In this document: piece after piece, positions 4,944 through 6,279 of the stretch
Position numbering within the stretch: the stretch's first letter is position 1
How the letters are laid out: the number at the start of each line of letters is the position of its first letter
Virus record (IMG/VR): IMGVR_UViG_3300035703_003581
Span: 1 to 6,279 of that record
Source: a virus
Reading direction: 5' to 3' (one strand)
DNA length: 6,279 nt
Made by a program: the position numbers and the translations under genes
The notes under the pieces: generated by a model
What the model was told of the DNA's origin: nothing
Database searches by the model: none
The model's input: the letters and a program-made list of their open reading frames with translations, nothing else

Positions 4944-6140
4944 ATGCCAGCTTATGTAATCACAGGTAAGCTTGGCGCTGGTAAATCTCTTGTTGCTGTA
5001 TCTCGTGTACAGCAGTATTTGTTTCAGGGTCGCAAAGTAGCAACTAACATCAACTTATATCCTGAGCATTTGACAAATAATTTATGGGCAAAAAATTGCA
5101 AAATTTTCCGTATACCGAATAAGCCCACAATTGATGATTTAGATGCTTTGCCTTTGGGCCATGATGATGATGGCCCTAATGATGACCGTAACGGCATACT
5201 TTTGCTGGATGAGTGTGGAACGTGGTTTAACTCCCGAACATGGGCTGATAAGACTCGCGCCCCTGTTATTGAGTGGTTCCGTAATGCTAGAAAAAAGCGG
5301 TGGGATATTTATTTCATAATACAAGATATATCTGTTATGGATTCTCAGGCCAGAGATTCATTTGCTGAGCATGTTGTTTATTGTAGGCGTTTCGACCGCT
5401 TTAAAGTTCCTTTGTTGCATCACTTCGGTTTCAAATTCCCAAAGCTTCATATGGGTTTGGTTAAATATGGTGATAGGGATTCTTCTCCGACTGTTGATAG
5501 ATGGATGTACAGGGGCGTTCATCTTTACAATGCTTATGACACTGAACAAAAGTTTACTGATAATGATGAAATTAAGGGGCTGGCTACCGTTCTGCCTCCC
5601 TACTATACACATGGTAGATATACAACAAAGTTGGAGCAGTTTAAGAATGCGTTTAGGTCAATCAAAGTTGGTAAGTTTTCTTTTTTTTTGATTGGGGCGT
5701 TAGTATCGTTTTTTGTTGTTAACGCCCTTTTGGTGAAAGAACCAGAGTTGCCTAAAAAGGGTCTTTGGTCTTGCAATGATGTGTATAAAAAATTGTATGG
5801 GTCTTGTGACGCTGATCCTATAGCCCCTTATGAATATTATTACCCAAAGCCAGATAAAAAAGATGACCTTTTACCAGGACAAAAGCCTGTCGAAAAGCCA
5901 AAGCCTGGCACCCCTGAAAATCCTCTTTATATTGCCGGTTATGAGATTACAACTAGAGGCGTTAATATGGCCTTTATAACTGCTGACGGTGAACCTTATT
6001 ATCCTCCGTCATATTATGTTCATTCGGTATCTGATTGCACCGCATACGTTCGCTTGGACACTACCAACTACCAATTAACCTGCATGCCTGATAACATCGC
6101 TTACCCGTCAAAGGATCAGCCAGTCGTAGCGGCTAAGTGA
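4944..6140 (+). CDS. gI: Assembly ATPase pI / Zot-family protein, 398 aa
   Basis: Walker A GKLGAGKS (4965-4988). Walker B LLLDECG (5199-5219). Blocks DECGTWFN, WDI.F..QD, AEHVVYCRR, PKLH.G.VKYGD, SPTV.RW.Y, LYNAYDT and HGRY match M13 pI as I recall it. One TM segment, FSFFLIGALVSFFVVNALLV (about 5673-5735). The start lies 1 nt after the pVI-like stop. Confidence 0.95.
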   Translation: MPAYVITGKLGAGKSLVAVSRVQQYLFQGRKVATNINLYPEHLTNNLWAKNCKIFRIPNKPTIDDLDALPLGHDDDGPNDDRNGILLLDECGTWFNSRTWADKTRAPVIEWFRNARKKRWDIYFIIQDISVMDSQARDSFAEHVVYCRRFDRFKVPLLHHFGFKFPKLHMGLVKYGDRDSSPTVDRWMYRGVHLYNAYDTEQKFTDNDEIKGLATVLPPYYTHGRYTTKLEQFKNAFRSIKVGKFSFFLIGALVSFFVVNALLVKEPELPKKGLWSCNDVYKKLYGSCDADPIAPYEYYYPKPDKKDDLLPGQKPVEKPKPGTPENPLYIAGYEITTRGVNMAFITADGEPYYPPSYYVHSVSDCTAYVRLDTTNYQLTCMPDNIAYPSKDQPVVAAK

Positions 6141-6152
6141 TTGGGGTTATTA

Positions 6153-6279
6153 GGGGGCTGGCCCCCTGATGCTGACCTACTGGGCCAACGGCCCCCCTGT
6201 TAACCTGTGTGTATTGCTTAGCTGCGACGACGGACGCCCCGCAGGGGCGCCCGCCGGCGCGGCCTTGGCAATATTACGA
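6153..6279. repeat. Direct terminal repeat, copy 2 (identical to 1-127)
   Basis: Same as copy 1. It starts 12 nt after the pI stop codon (6138-6140). Confidence 0.95.

Larger units (their letters stand above)
1..6152 (+). mobile_element. Unit-length genome of a filamentous ssDNA phage (Inoviridae) with an Ff-like morphogenesis module; circular or circularly permuted
   Basis: Gene order is Rep, ssDNA-binding position, two ~35-40 aa hydrophobic ORFs, signal-peptide coat protein, Gly-linker pIII-like, pVI-like, pI/Zot. All are on one strand with overlapping ATGA start/stop junctions. An exact 127-nt terminal overlap closes the circle at 6152 nt. Confidence 0.85.

Noticed and set aside
5572-5588. 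TTAAGGGGCTGGCT inside pI resembling TTAGGGGGCTGGCC at the start of the GC island (6150-6163)
   Set aside because: It is a short imperfect match (about 12 of 14) within conserved coding sequence (EIKGLAT). There is no supporting structure or second copy, so it is treated as coincidence.
1721-5612. Minus-strand ORFs 1721-1963, 2668-2862, 2934-3140, 4244-4492, 5139-5324 and 5358-5612
   Set aside because: All are embedded antisense to longer genes that are supported by motifs or synteny. They lack SD sequences, have odd compositions (antisense of a T-rich strand), and inoviruses of this type are transcribed from one strand.
2965-5691. Plus-strand alternate-frame ORFs 2965-3195 (76 aa) and 5362-5691 (109 aa)
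   Set aside because: They lie fully inside the pIII-like and pI genes in other frames and have no RBS. Their Leu/Ile/Phe-rich products are typical of off-frame reading of T-rich DNA.
6008-6024. dif/XerD-arm-like sequence TTATGTTCATT preceded by GTCATA
   Set aside because: It matches 9 of 11 positions of the E. coli XerD arm, but the XerC-arm position upstream shows no similarity. It lies inside the pI coding region, and the host and its dif sequence are unknown. It is most likely chance in AT-rich DNA.
1-6279. The 127-nt identical ends as attL/attR or long terminal repeats of an integrated element
   Set aside because: The repeat starts 12 nt after the last gene and runs seamlessly into phage sequence at both copies. 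No flanking host DNA is present, there is no integrase or transposase, and the length equals a common assembler k-mer. A circular-contig overlap is the simpler explanation. A tandem or integrated form cannot be formally excluded from this window.
1-6279. CRISPR arrays, tRNA/rRNA genes, IS elements, toxin-antitoxin or defence-system gene sets
   Set aside because: There are no repeat-spacer periodicity, no tRNA-like cloverleaf segments (for example no GGTTCGAATCC-type T-arm), no transposase-like ORF and no inverted terminal repeats. The coding capacity is fully accounted for by the phage genes plus two small or orphan ORFs.

Overview
The window is one complete copy of a small circular filamentous ssDNA phage (Inoviridae) genome plus a terminal overlap. 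Nt 1-127 recur exactly at 6153-6279, so the unit length is 6152 nt. All supportable genes lie on the + strand, which is T-rich, and the order mirrors Ff (M13/f1/fd). It runs: HUH rolling-circle Rep (587-1837), a 53-aa ORF, a strong terminator, a gV-position protein, two tiny hydrophobic ORFs (pVII/pIX-like, absent from the ORF track), the major coat protein (TTG start), a pIII-like adsorption protein with Gly-rich linkers, a pVI-like protein, and a pI/Zot assembly ATPase. From my memory of the M13 sequences, the coat C-terminus (GMKLFKKFANKST) and long blocks of pI are clearly Ff-like. The Rep is not Ff pII-like. I see no pIV secretin, integrase or repressor gene. The least explained part is the pI-to-rep interval, which crosses the circular junction. 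It holds a 72% G+C island of hairpins in an otherwise AT-rich genome (1-111), an orphan ORF (146-481, possibly starting at 17), and a near-consensus promoter plus a GC hairpin in the rep leader. Nothing here was searched against databases. Family assignments rest on motifs, architecture, synteny and recalled M13 sequences.
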